From NCBI GenBank assembly GCA_951406725.2, contig OX597817.1, positions 73,904,001-73,968,000 of the forward strand: DNA of 64,000 nucleotides, read 5' to 3'. Position numbers and translations under genes: made by a program. Source of the stretch: Octopus vulgaris. Taxonomy: Eukaryota. Under the pieces are notes generated by a model. That model did no database searches, was not told where the DNA came from, and was given only the letters and a program-made list of their open reading frames with translations. Below, piece after piece: positions 41,958 to 55,599 of this stretch. Position 1 is the stretch's first letter. The number at the start of each line of letters is the position of its first letter.

Positions 41958-42007
41958 TTCTTGGGGAAATTTCGAACCTGGGTTCTCATTCCTAAGGTAT
42001 TGTTTGA

Positions 42008-42077
<70 letters not shown>

Positions 42078-42162
42078 GAGGTCACTAACCCCAAGATTCC
42101 TAGTTCGATTCCAGGCAGTGACCTGAACAACAACAACAACAACAACAACAATAATAATAATG

Positions 42163-42193
<31 letters not shown>

Positions 42194-42243
42194 CCTCGAA
42201 CAATACCTTAGGAATGAGAACCCAGGTTCGAAATTTCCCCAAG

Positions 42244-42287
42244 ACACCTGATGAAGGCTGGAGGGTATATCAGCTGAAACGTTGTGT
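42244..42287 (+). ncRNA. Minimal type I hammerhead ribozyme
   Basis: acac-CTGATGA-a-ggctg-gagggtatat-cagct-GAAACGTT-gtgt: canonical core, stems I and II, palindromic AACGTT stem III. Confidence 0.8.
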
Positions 42288-43400
42288 TAACAACAAACAA
42301 AATGAGGACAAATATCTGTCGAATGTAAATAATGCACATAAATCTTCATCTCTTAAATATAGAACTGTATTCATACATTTATTGTTTGCCGTCTAAATCT
42401 TCGTCGCACCAATTGCAACCTGGTCATTAATACATACATACATCACACTTCTATGTTTCTAGTAATTTATCATATCTACATATTTTTCAGATATGCTCCT
42501 ATCATATTTCTTATTTCAACTTTTCATTCTCAATTTCCCCATCTAAGTTTTCCTTCGTTTTCAATGTAATTCATACAGCGTTTCCAACTTCTCAATTGCA
42601 AATTCATTGGCTTCGATATTTACCTTCAGCGTTTCTTGAATAATATCTAAAATGGTTCTTCATATGTGTGTGTTTATATTATATTTATACATATACACCC
42701 TATCCCTATACATCATGCATATGTATATATGTATGTGTATGTATGTGTATGTATGTATGTATGTATGTATGTATGTATGTATGTATGTATGTACGTACGT
42801 ATGTATGTATGTATGTAAATGTGTATGCATGTATGTATGTAAATATGTATGCATGTATGTATGTATGTATGCATGTATGTGTGTATATATATGTATGTAT
42901 GTATTTGTGTATGTATGTAAAGCGGTTTCCAATAACGTACCGACTCAGTTATTTCTGAGATGGAGGTTTTACATACGATGTTTTATATATACGTAACTAT
43001 ATAGGCATTGTTTCATACATGCACACATACATACATACATACATACATACATACATACATACATACATACATACATACATACATACATACATACATACAT
43101 GTTACATTCATCAATGACGCGAGTTTTCAAACTTTAACTTTCAGCTTTCTATTTATAAATTGTTTGCAATTGTTAACGCAAACATTTTTCACTTTTATGC
43201 ACTTCTTCACACCAACACTTTACAGTTTTAAAAGGTTCAATTGTAAATATCAGTTTCCTATATTGCATTTTACATTGCTATCTGTTTCATAATATTTTTC
43301 ATTCAATATTTTCACATTTCTGGTGCTTTTTTTATCCGTTTATTTTCCATATAAATTCACACGTATGTACATATCGTATACAAACATACATACATATATA

Positions 43401-43460
<60 letters not shown>

Positions 43461-43500
43461 ATGCATATATATATATATATATATATATATGTATACATAC

Positions 43501-43544
<44 letters not shown>

Positions 43545-43600
43545 ATGTATATATATGTGTGTGTATGTATGCATATATATATATATATGTGTGTTAATAT

Positions 43601-43637
<37 letters not shown>

Positions 43638-43664
43638 AATACATACATATATATAGGTACGTTT

Positions 43665-43701
<37 letters not shown>

Positions 43702-44455
43702 GTGTGTGTGTCTGTATGTGTGTATACATGTGTGTGCTCGCGAGTCAGTGTTTATGTTTGATGGGGAATAAACATATTTCATTAATTGTCTTTTACATGC
43801 ACATAAAAGCACAAACACATGAACATATTCTTATTTCAAGTTTCTCTTTTCAGTTTCGTTGTTAACTCTTCCGCTAGATATACTCTTCGGCTTAGCATCG
43901 ATAGTCTGTTTTGCTTACTTTCTCCGTATCATTTTTACACATTTCTGTCAATATATTACAAATACAACGCATTACAATGTGACAATGCAATAATGCTTAC
44001 CAGTGAAAATATACCTTGTACAAAAGGACTGACATAAACCCAATGTAGCTTGAAAATTCAGGAGTATATGTTGGAGTAACGAAAAATATATCATAAGAAG
44101 AAGGGTTGCTGGTGGGGAATGTGAAATTACAGATTGGTTACATATCAGATATAACTAAAATATAAACTAACGAAGCAGAGTTTACAAAGCCAACTGCATA
44201 GTACCTGCAGGCTTTTTGAACAAGGTTGAAGTGACTAATTTTCATAGAATAGGCCAAGCAACTCTGATTGTTTCAAATCTTAAGACAATAGATTTGCGTG
44301 GGTGTGTTTCCCAAACACATGTTTCCGAGGTCAGTCCCCCCTGTGTGGTATCTTAGACAGGTGTCTCGTACTGTCACCTTGGGCTTACCAAAGCCCCGTG
44401 AGTGGATTCGGTAGATAGAAACTGAAGGAAGTCCATCGTATATATTTGTGTGTGA

Positions 44456-44524
<69 letters not shown>

Positions 44525-44570
44525 GTTTCAAGTTTCCTAGGCTTCATATATGGAGATGAATCAAACTTTT

Positions 44571-44620
<50 letters not shown>

Positions 44621-44625
<5 letters not shown>

Positions 44626-45110
44626 TATTATAAAAGGCAGATTTTATCTGCCTCCCTTTGGGAGTTATACAAATCTACAATATAGGATTTCTTCAATTAC
44701 AATTTACCTAGCAATTTTAAGAGTACAATGCATCGTGTCATGTCAGGTCCAGTTTTTAAAATTTAAACTCCAATTAAGCAAAATTTACAGAAAACTCACA
44801 TTCTGGTGTGTGTGTCAAATGCTTTTCTTAGTCTGGTTTACACCACACGCAAACGCACACACACAGTGGGCAACGAATAAAATGAAACTAATTCACTTAC
44901 TGTAGTGAGTGATTCTTTCACTCTGCCTCCCACTTCTTCTTTCCACACATACACACGCAAATATATAAATAAAATTGTAAGCTAACGTGCGTGTGTGTGA
45001 GTGTGTGTGTGTGTGTGTGCGCGAGTGTGTGTGTGTGACGGTGCGTGTGTGTGTGTGTGTGTGCGTGTGCGTGAGTGTGTGACAGGAAAGTTTTTTTTAG
45101 ACGAATATAA
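44621..45110 (+). mobile_element. Possible Helitron-like 5' fragment
   Basis: Starts TCTCTTATTATAAAAGGCAG directly after (TA)n, like the other Helitron-like 5' ends. No hairpin-CTAG 3' end was found. Confidence 0.4.
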
Positions 45111-45626
45111 CACCTATATCCAAGTAGCAGAAAGATAAGACAGTAAGGTGTGATTTGAGGGAGATTTGGCTGCTATTTCTACCATGTCTAGCTGCCATGT
45201 AGGGGTCTCCCTCATAGGCTCATACATACATATATACATAGATAAGACAGTAAGGTGTGATTTGGGGGAAATTTTGCTGCTATTTCTACCAGGTCTAGCT
45301 ACCATGTAGAGGTCCCCCTCATTTCTTTTATTCTTCTGCTTTTTCCAGCCATTGCTCTGTGGCCATGCTGGGGCAATGCCTTGAAGAATTGTAGTTTAAT
45401 GAATCAACTCCAGTTTTATTTTTGTAAGCATTGTACTTATTCTATCTGTTTCCTTTGTCAAACCACTAGGAGACAGGGATGTAAACAAACCAACATTCGT
45501 TGTCAAGCAGTGGTGGAGGACAATCACAAGCACAGACACGCACACACACACACACATACATGCATACACATATACACACATACATACATACATACATATA
45601 TATATATATATGTGTGTATATATATA

Positions 45627-45885
45627 TTGCAGCGTGGAAGGTGTTTGTAAGCCATTTAAGAAACACACAAAAACCGTTAGATTCACTTCAACATTTAAAT
45701 TTAATTTGCCAAAATATTTTCGTCGCTTTGAGACCGCGACCTGTTCACTGACAAAAATATCGTGCTAACAGGTCGCGGTCTCAAAGCGACGAAAATATTT
45801 TGACAAATTTAATTTAAATGTTGAAGTGAATCTAACGGTTTTTGTGTGTTTCTTAAATGGCTTATAAACACCTTCAACGCTGCAA
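45627..45885. repeat. Near-perfect palindrome: 119-bp arms, 21-nt loop
   Basis: 45627-45745 versus 45767-45885 with about 4 mismatches, adjacent to (TA)n. Confidence 0.95.
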
Positions 45886-45955
45886 CTGTTTTCGTTCCAG
45901 CACACGATCTCAGATCAAGTCACTTGCTATGCAAGTACATCTCTGTAACTATATA

Positions 45956-45997
<42 letters not shown>

Positions 45998-46060
45998 TGG
46001 TAAAAACAGTAAGATAACAAAAGAAAGAAAGAGACCTCAATATTATGTAAATAGAGGAAA

Positions 46061-46453
46061 TCTTTATATATAAAAGTGAGGTTGTGTGTCTGTCTCCTAC
46101 GATTTAGATTCCTAACTACTCCCACATTTTGCGGTGCAGTTTAACCAAAACCGGGTATCTTATAGTCGTGATTCATATCGAGACCGTCTGGGTATTAGCG
46201 CGCGTCTACGATGAGTCTACGATTTAAAAAAAAATTTACCATCAATTTTTCCCATTTTTAATCCATTTTTGACATATATAAGGGAAGTAACTCTCTAAAA
46301 TTTATTATTAAATCTCAGAACGTAAAAAGCTACAGTAACACCCTCTCCTTTGTGGTTAGCCATATTGAGATGGCTATTATACTTTACATCTCTAAAAATG
46401 CTTATATAATTATTTCCCTTACAAACCCGAGCAACGCCGGGCGATACTGCTAG
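46061..46453 (+). mobile_element. Non-autonomous Helitron-like element
   Basis: A|TCTTTATATATAAAAG ... CCCGAGCAACGCCGGG-CGATACTG-CTAG|T, homologous to 20050-20561. Confidence 0.82.
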
Positions 46454-48225
46454 TATATATATATACATATGTTTGTACGTGTGTGTGTGTATGTGTGAAT
46501 ATGTGTGTGTGTGTGCGTGTGTGCGTGCGTGTTTTTATTTGTCCCCCCACCACCGCTGGTGTTGTGTCTGTGTCCCCGTAACATAGCGGTTCAGCAAAAG
46601 AAATCGACAGAGTAAGTACTAGGCCTTAAAAAAGGGTACTGGGATCGAGTCATTCGACTAAAATTCTTTAATGCGGTGTTCCAGCATGGCTGCAGTCTAA
46701 TGACAGAAACAAGTAAAAGATGAGGACCGTAATACAAGCAAATTGTGTCATGTGTATGGATGCTAAATATTCTATGATGAAGTTTTTGCATCTATAAAAA
46801 CATCAAGGTGGGTTATTTTAATATTGATATTTATACCCATAAAAACCTGTGGTTGCGTATTTAATCAATTAGCTTCCTATTATATCTACTCTGAGAAGCA
46901 CTAGCCAGAATTTGCTGAAATACACACTTACAATATATATTGATCAATTGGATCGGAGGATGCAAATATTCAACACAGTCAACAAAAGTACTATGAGATC
47001 ATTTCAAGTAATGATGTTACGGGTTAACATGTTTGCAGCCCAGTTTCAGCAGAATGACAATTAATTCGTGGATGCTGTTAATACTAAAGTTGTCGATAAT
47101 TATTCCTTAAAAGATATAGATCCACGTATATGTCCTTCCAAGATACAGTCGGTCCAGTGTAGAATTGAAAACACTAGAATCTGATCGAATTATTAAGCTA
47201 ACAACGAGAGTGCTGTGGGAGAGCTTGCACTTCAAACAGATACTAGAGTTTTATTGCAGTTGGAAAAGAAGGCAATCTTTACGTTGCTTGAAAGCAAAGT
47301 AAATAAATAAAATAAGAAAATATAAGAGGTGTCTTCTGAACTTATAGAGGAAACAACAATAAATGACATGCACCATATGCTTACCATATGCAAATCAAAA
47401 CACTAGTCCCAAATGCGTTGTCTTTCAGATAGCGTTTCCGCTATTTTTATATTGAGTTCTCTGTGTATAGAACTTAATATAGATATGCTTCAGAACATCT
47501 TGAGTTCTAACACCAGTAAATCAGTATCGCTATGCCTAAGCGAAACAATAAAATATTTGTGTGTGCATTTGTGTGTATACGTTCGAGAATATATGTATGT
47601 ATGTATGCATGTGTATAAATATGTGTATACACACAGACTCACACACACATATTTAATTAAATAGGATCCATAAAAGAACAAAGTATATCTAAGTGAAGTA
47701 CACCACATAGAGAGTAAACAGAATAAAGCAAGAAAAAACAACAACAAAACAAAAAAGAGTTAAATAATACATTAGCTTACCACAAAATGAATAGGGGATA
47801 GGTCTTCACGGTTAGGTAATTCACAAATCCAATAGAATTCAAAAGTATCAAAAATTATCCAACGATGAATGGAAACTTAGGAGTAGCGTAAAAACACTTT
47901 ATGAATTCTGTAGGATATTAATACCTGTAACTGTGTATATATAAATAAATATTTACAACCTTATTCCACTATCCATCGTTCACTCCTTTAGATTAGCAGG
48001 GTAATGACACACCTGCCTTAAATTTCTTAAGTGTAGGCTATTCTTATTAGAAATTTCATTTGTTGTTGATCTTTTGTTTAATCACCAAGTCAATGCTCAC
48101 TTGTTTATTTGGTAGCCTGATGAGTTGGACGTTATGTAACATATCACGTAGTCTAACCAACTGTATGTAGTATGCTTATTTCATGATAAATATTCCTAAT
48201 GAAATATTGAAGCAATACAAGGTAA

Positions 48226-48474
48226 ATTCAGCGTGACACAGAGAGTGACAAGGCCGGCCCCTTGAAATACAGGTACAACAGAAACAGGAAGTAAGAATGA
48301 GAGAAAGTTGTGGTGAAAGAGTACAGCAGGGATCACCACCATCCCCTGCCTGAGCCTCGTGGAGCTTTTAGGTGTTTTCGCTCAATAAACACTCACAACG
48401 CCCGGTCTGGGACTCGAAACCGCGATCCTATGACCGCGAGTCCGCTGCCCTAACCACTGGGCCATTGCGCCTCC
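48226..48474 (-). mobile_element. SINE family B
   Basis: Minus-strand head GAGGCGCAATGGCCCAGTGGTTAGGGCAGCGGACTCGCGG...GGTTTCGAGTCCC plus body. Confidence 0.87.
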
Positions 48475-49019
48475 CAGCTAAGTACTAGGGTCTATCTGAT
48501 CAACTTTGGCCCTGGTATGACCAAAGTCCAATGACTGGAATAAGTAGAAGATATAAGATTAAAGATAAAAAATGAATATATTTAGTCTGCTGGCGATTCG
48601 AACAATTCTGGCAAATTCCACCTTTCATGCTATTTTTGACCTGCCACCTCCTTATGTCGTTAATAGCATCTAAGCTATTTATGGTAGACATATTTAAAGA
48701 AAGAAATAAAAGGCAAATAAAAGAAAGATGAAAAAGAAGGTGAGCGCAGCATATTGTCTCGATCTTTCGTGAGTACTATTTTGGTTATTAAAATATTTTG
48801 ATTGATCCGAAGAATATCTCAGTGAAATTTCATCTTAAAGAACATAAGCCAATACTGCTTTCGTTGGCTGAAGCTAAATTTAAGCAAGCATGATCTTTTT
48901 ACTCGTTGAAGTCGAACACTCTAATCACATAAACGTTATTGTTGTAGCGTTCTCTCACTCTTTTCTCTCTCTTTCTTGCACCACACACACACATACACAC
49001 ACACACATTCGCATTCTAT

Positions 49020-49051
<32 letters not shown>

Positions 49052-49416
49052 TTATCTATCTATCTATCAAAATTTTCAGTTAAGAGAAGTTTGTCATGTC
49101 TTAAAATGGAAAAGGTTTTATGGCTTTACAAAGTAGAACCTTATTCCCCACACCACCACTACCGCCACTACTAATACCGTCACCACCATCAATACCAACA
49201 ACACCAGTATTACCAATATCACCACTATACCGCCACTACTACAAATCAGTGCACCTCCACACATACAAAGCGAAGCTCACCAACTAGGGAGTCTGTAAGC
49301 GGTCGCTCGACATGCTAGAAACAACAGCTAAACAAATATGCCACAAATCTGTCTTTCAAAATGTGAAAGACATTAGATAATGTATTTAGACATAGAATGC
49401 CTGTAGGAAAATATAA

Positions 49417-49462
<46 letters not shown>

Positions 49463-51075
49463 CAGGGTGGTCAAGACAAATAAATTTGATCGTGAGTCGT
49501 CTGCTCATTCAAGGTTGAACTGGGGGTTAAACAAGCAACACCAACAAACACAACGACAAACTAACAACGCACAAATCAATTCACCATCTTTTATGCATTA
49601 TAGATGTTGTTATTGTTGTGTTGTTAACTTCAGCTCTCAGATCTTTGTATAATTGAATGAACTAAAATCGGAATCAGAATGGATTGAGCAATTAACATCA
49701 GACGGTTCCAACACGATATCCGTGTTTCTTTCTTTTCTTTCTCACTCTCTCTTTTCTTTTTTTCCTTTATTTCTTTTTTCTTTCTTTCTTTCCTTTTTCT
49801 TTTGTTTTTTTTTTGTTATCTATCAACTAGACTAATGGAATTATTGGATAAGTCGCTTGCTTTTTCTGATTGGTTTAAAATAACAAAAGCCAAGTGGGTC
49901 GTTTATCAAAAAAACAGAAAATCCTTCATTTAGTTCTTTATTGGTTTATCTAATTATTCATTTGTTTGTTTTTTCCTGTTTAGTTTTTATTTATGTATTT
50001 ATTTATTTATTTACTTATTTACTCATCATATTTATTTATTTTTATTATTATTATTTTTGATAAAAGCAGGCGAGTTCATCCATGCGACATTTCAATTAAC
50101 TAGCACTAGACTCCAGCTTAAATAATACATGCTCTTGACTGATTTGATAGCTTCATTGCTGTTTTTGTTGTTGTTGCTCTTGTTATTGCTGTTGTTGTTG
50201 ATGCTACTACTGCTGCTACTGCTGCTGCTGTTATTGCTGTTGTTTATGGTGCTGATGTTGCTGCTGCTGTTAAAGCTTATTCCCGTTGCTTTGTACCAGG
50301 TCAACAAATCACTCCAGAGAACTTATGATCTTACAAATTCCAGCCGGGACAATTGCTTCTTTAATCTTTCCTTTATGCTGTTTATCACTTTAGCACAATG
50401 TATCTAGGACTACAACATAAATTTGTAGCCTTCTTTTTCCTACAAAAAAAAAAAAGAAAAACAAAGAAAAAAAAAACACAAAATGGAGAAGATTTGATTC
50501 TCATTTCTAGCAGGTCTGGAGAGCATTTGGCAGCTCCCGGTATTGTTCTTTCTGTTGTTGCAACTGCAGCTGTTCTTAATGTTGTCGTTGTTCTTGTTCT
50601 TTGATTTTTGTTAATCCCCTCCTCCTCCACTTCCTCGTTTCCTCTCACTATTACTACTATTTTGTATACTCCTTCGCCTATTCCTCCTTTTGCTCTTCCG
50701 CTTCCGCCTCTTTCTTTTTCATCTTCTTTGTCGTCGTCGTCATCTGCAGTTGCTGCTACTATTACTACTGTTTCGTATCCCCCTCTTTCTTCTCCTCCTT
50801 CTCATCTCCCTCCTCATCTTCTTCTTCCGCTTCCTCTTCTGATTCCTCTTCTTATTGCTCTTCTGATTCCTCTTCTGATTCCTCTTCTTATTCCTCTTCT
50901 TATTTCTCTTTTTCTTCTTCTTCCTCTTTCTCTTCTGCTTCTTCTTCGACTTCCTCCTCCTCTTCCACTTCCTCCTCCTCTTCCACTTCCTCCTCCTCTT
51001 CCACTTCCTTCTCTTCCTCCTCCCCCATTTTCTCTTCCTCCTCTTGCTGCTGCTACTACAACAACAACAACAACA

Positions 51076-51127
<52 letters not shown>

Positions 51128-51601
51128 TTTCCTTCTAATACGACAACTATTATTATTTCATATCACTGAAAGTCATCACGAAGGGATCGAACACCCGCTA
51201 ATCCCATTGATTACAAGACGTTCATGCTGTTTAGTTCAATGGAATGTTTACTCATTGACTATACAAGATTACAATGAGCGGAGGGGCAGAGTGCACATGA
51301 ACTTAGTTACTGCACGCTAATATAACACTTGTTAATTACAGAGCGCATTTCACCACTCCTTACTGAGGATTAGTTGTTAATACACAGAGTACCCATTAAA
51401 ATAGGAAATGGATATGTCCAAGATGCGTTGCATGTCTTGACTGTAGATTCATTAGAACGTTGCATTGGTATCGGTGTTGGCAGTGATTAATACGCACTTA
51501 AAGTCTTTGCCTATCCATCCATTCTTGCATCCATCCATACGAGTGCACGTGGGTGTCTGAATGTATGTATGTAAGTATGTATGTATGAATGTATGTGTGT
51601 G

Positions 51602-51658
<57 letters not shown>

Positions 51659-52389
51659 TTTTACTCTTTTACGAGTTCGTATTTGGCCGCGGCCATGCTG
51701 GAGCGCCACCTTAAAACTAATAATTTTTCAGTAGATTGAAAAAATGACGAACGTCGTCAATGGATTGCTTGAACATCACATATAATGTTCACATCGCATG
51801 TATGCATGTATGTATGTATGTATGTATGTATGTATGTATGTATGTATGTATGCATGCATGTATGTATGTATATTTACCTGTGTAGCTATCTGTGTCTGTG
51901 AGTGTGTGCGTATGCATTTATATATATTTTATTACACACACACGCACACACATTGTACACTTACGAGAGATGGGTGGTGATAGTCACATCGAGGTTTCGG
52001 CACATTACCGTTTACGTTACGGGGCCGCAACTTCGAAGTCACTTTTATTACTTTTGTTGGAAAAGTATAATAAATACATATTCTACAGAAAGCATTCTTT
52101 AAATCCTGTAGTTTAATGTAAAATTGTTTTTCATTACGGCTGGACGTAAGACAAGGAGGTGGCAGTATCGTTTGCACCTCGGAGAAAATGCTTACAGCAC
52201 TTTGTCCGTCTTATGAGTTCAAATTCCGTCAAGGTCAACTTTACTTTTCATCCTTTGGAGGTCGATTGCATGAGTTCCAGCTTCATCCCACCAAAATCAC
52301 AGGCCTTGTGCCTATAAGAAAGGATTATAATTAGACATAAGAAAAAAAAACATTAATACACACACACATCCACACACTCATATACGCAA

Positions 52390-52421
<32 letters not shown>

Positions 52422-53285
52422 TGTGTGTGTTGATGTTATTTAAAAAACCGTGATATACGTCAATATAACGCTTACAATAAATTTGCATACGCACATACAT
52501 GATTACACAAAAACGTTCGTAATCGAAGACTTGTAGAAGTTTATACGTGTGTTGGTGTATATGCAAAATATAGACGATACTAATGTAAATAAGCAGTCTG
52601 ATTTATATCTTTATAAACATCATTGATATGTTAGACTGATATTGTATTCCATACATATCAAATATCCGATAAATACATAATTAGATACGATATACATAGA
52701 CGCGAATAATCGCCACACTAATCAATTGCTCTAGAGCTCCGGCAAATTCTTCCTACAGATATGCATGGAAATAAATGCGAATGGAAGATATAAAGAATGA
52801 AAACAGAAACCAATAAAAGCGGTTTTAAAATTTTCTGTAAGTGAGAAACGATGTTTATTGATAGATTATGAAAAAATTCACGCACATAAACGTAAACTCA
52901 CTCGCGCACGCGTACACACTGCGTCTTCACCAGCAGCAGAGATTATAATAATTTACGTGTGTGTGTGTATGTGTGTGTGTGTTTGTGTGTGTGTGCGTGT
53001 AGAATATATAAGGCGTTTTCGTCAACTGACGTAATGTAATAGGTATGTTCTCCGAGGACTCAGTTTGGTTTACCACTAAAACTCGGCTTGAACTGCAACT
53101 GAAAGAGTTATGTTAAGACTGCCTATCACAGGCGGTTAGAAGTGATTTCTCTTTGAGATGGAAGATATAGATTAGAGTGAAAAATGGGAAAGCAAAGCAT
53201 TTGGCATTATTCGAAGAAGACATTTAATTCAGATAGAGAATATAAACAGGCACAGGAGTGGATGTATGGTAAGAAGCTTGCTTCC

Positions 53286-53600
53286 CTTAAATGTGTGTGG
53301 TCTAAGCTCGAAGTGGAAGCAAGCATGTTTCATCGACGACCTTAGATCACATGATATAGATGTGATGGTTGCTACAGAGACCAAACTGGAGAGGCTACAA
53401 ACCTTCTCGGCTCTCCTGAATGGCTATGAGAAAATCATGTCTCCTGGCCAGACCGGAGGTCGAAAGGTGTAGTAGTCCTGGTCTGAAAAGGCTTGGCTCT
53501 GCAGACAACCACAGTCTTTGTGGACCCTGTAGGTGGGCTGGTCGTCCTTGACATGACAGGCAGCAACAAGGCCTTCAGGCTGATCGGTATTTAAATGCCT
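53286..53600 (+). pseudogene. L1/Tx1-like APE endonuclease N-terminal fragment
   Basis: LNVCGLSSKWKQACFIDDLRSHDIDVMVATETKL, then after a frameshift GVVVLV...VDPVGGLVVLDMTGSNKAFRLIGI. Confidence 0.7.
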
Positions 53601-53624
53601 TGTGCAAGAAGACAACAAACTGAT

Positions 53625-53842
53625 TTCTCAAGATTAGTTTTTGGGCAGTGTGTTACATATCCATCCCAGTGCCCCAATGATTACAGATATAAACCTGAAC
53701 AAATAATCAAGATAGTGTAGATGTAGATTCCTCAATATCTCAGCATAGGTATTTTCTTTTTTGCTGATTTTTAGCTTTATGTTAGTATCCACTCGGCAGC
53801 TGATTTCCACAACTGTACAGTTTCTTTTCTCTTCCCCAAATT
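53625..53842 (-). mobile_element. R4/Dong-like RLE fragment, same family as 22890-23825
   Basis: Collinear with 23425-23645 (atcccagtgccccaat, agattcctcaata, tttccacaactgt) and abuts (TATG)n. Confidence 0.8.
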
Positions 53843-55599
53843 ATGTATGCATGTATGTATGTATGTATGTATGTATGTATGTATGTATGCATGCATGCAT
53901 GCATGCATGTATGTATGTATGTATGTATGTATGTATGTATGTATGTATGTATGTATGTATGTATGTACGTACGTATGTATGTATGTGTGTGTATGCATGA
54001 ATGCGTGTATGTGCGTGTGTGTGCGCATATGTGCGTGCGTGTATATAAATGTGTATCTGTGTTTGTGGGTGGAGGGTTGCTTTCCTCGTTCTTTGGGTCG
54101 AGACGAGGTAAACTTCTTTCCAACTTAGTATTCAATGCATGATATGACTTTAGATCGAATGTAATCTTTATATATTTTACTGTACGAGCTTTGATAACAC
54201 CAAATATTTATACATACAAATAGGCACACACAGATACATGCATACACAAACATATATGCATATGAACTCCAAGGTTAACACCCGAATGAAATTATTATAT
54301 ATTTATATACATATATACATATGTACACACGCGCACACATACACTCACGTGTGTGTCTGTGTCTCTGTGTAAACATGTACGTATAATTCATAGCAATGCT
54401 AAACACAGAAAGCGCAATTCATATTTTAGGGTTCATATCCCATACATTTGTTTCTCAAAACGATTGTTATTGCTTAAGCCGATTAGCATTATCACGAAAT
54501 ACATTCAATATACTTCGTTAACATTATCTGCCAAACAAACAATGTAAATATATGTGCTTGCCCTAATATACCCCAGAATGCAAATTATATGCCAATTAGT
54601 TGGTATAGTAGGATAGATGATGACAGAATGTGAGATATTAGAAACGTGTGAGAGAGGAGTAATAGGTGGAGATAACATTAGTAGACCCATATGCACTCAC
54701 ACATATGCGCATCATCGCACACATCTAAACAGTAAGCTAGAAAGAGATAAATAAAATGGCTCCCGAGTCAATGTAGCATCAGTTATAAGAACAGTAACGA
54801 TAGCAGTAATATCAATGAAAACTAAAAGTCAATGACATACAACAAAATACGAATCAAAATTATAGTCACCGATTACATTTATATGTTATCTGGATCAAAG
54901 TGTTATCATTTTGGCAAACAATAGCCATAACTAATATGTTCGAAACAGTTCGAAAACAAAGACAACGGTTGGTCATTTGTCACATGCCCTCACCTCCATA
55001 CACTTGCATTTACACGTGCACGCACACACAGGCAGACTCATGCACACAAACTTACATATATGCATACTCACACGCAAAGCTGCACATATACGTGTAAATG
55101 TACGCTCACGCGTACAATCATACAAGTGTATACGTAAACATGCACAGGCCATCATGTCATGTGGCAAACAGCCGCCTTTTGATATCACGAAGCACACGCT
55201 CATAACTTCAGAAAATCGTGTGTGTGTGTTTGTATGTGTGTGTGTGTATTTGTAAATTTCCACATAGCGCAATAGGTTAGTCAATAAAACACAAATGTGT
55301 TTTCAGATGTACTCAATCCATTGTTACATGGCGTCTACAGTGTGTTTGCGCAGGATGTATAGTACCACACATTTCCTGTATCGTTGCTCCTGATGTTGCG
55401 GATCTTGGAATTGTCTATAACCAACCCAGTCGGTGTATTAGATGACCTATTGCTGGATGCCACTCAATTAGGGTATTCAGTCTTTCTGGAAATGAGCAGA
55501 TATTTAATAATAACGTGGTATGTTAGAACGAAGCTCTCGGTAGGGAGATTATAGCGACAGGGTTAGCTTTATTAGGGATACCAAATTTAAACGAACCCT

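Larger units (their letters stand above)
41876..42368 (+). mobile_element. Fold-back retroelement: tRNA-like T-arm + (AAC/AAT)n + hammerhead-bearing tail, with inverted 5' copy
   Basis: 41880-42008 is the reverse complement of 42196-42335, and (ATT)n pairs with (AAC/AAT)n. The central loop is bounded by aggtcact/agtgacct and contains GTTCGATTCC. Confidence 0.85.

Noticed and set aside
50601-51320. 239-aa Ser-rich and 176-aa Pro/Thr-rich mucin-like ORFs
   Set aside because: Degenerate (CTT/CCT/CTA)n low-complexity DNA that is open in several frames.
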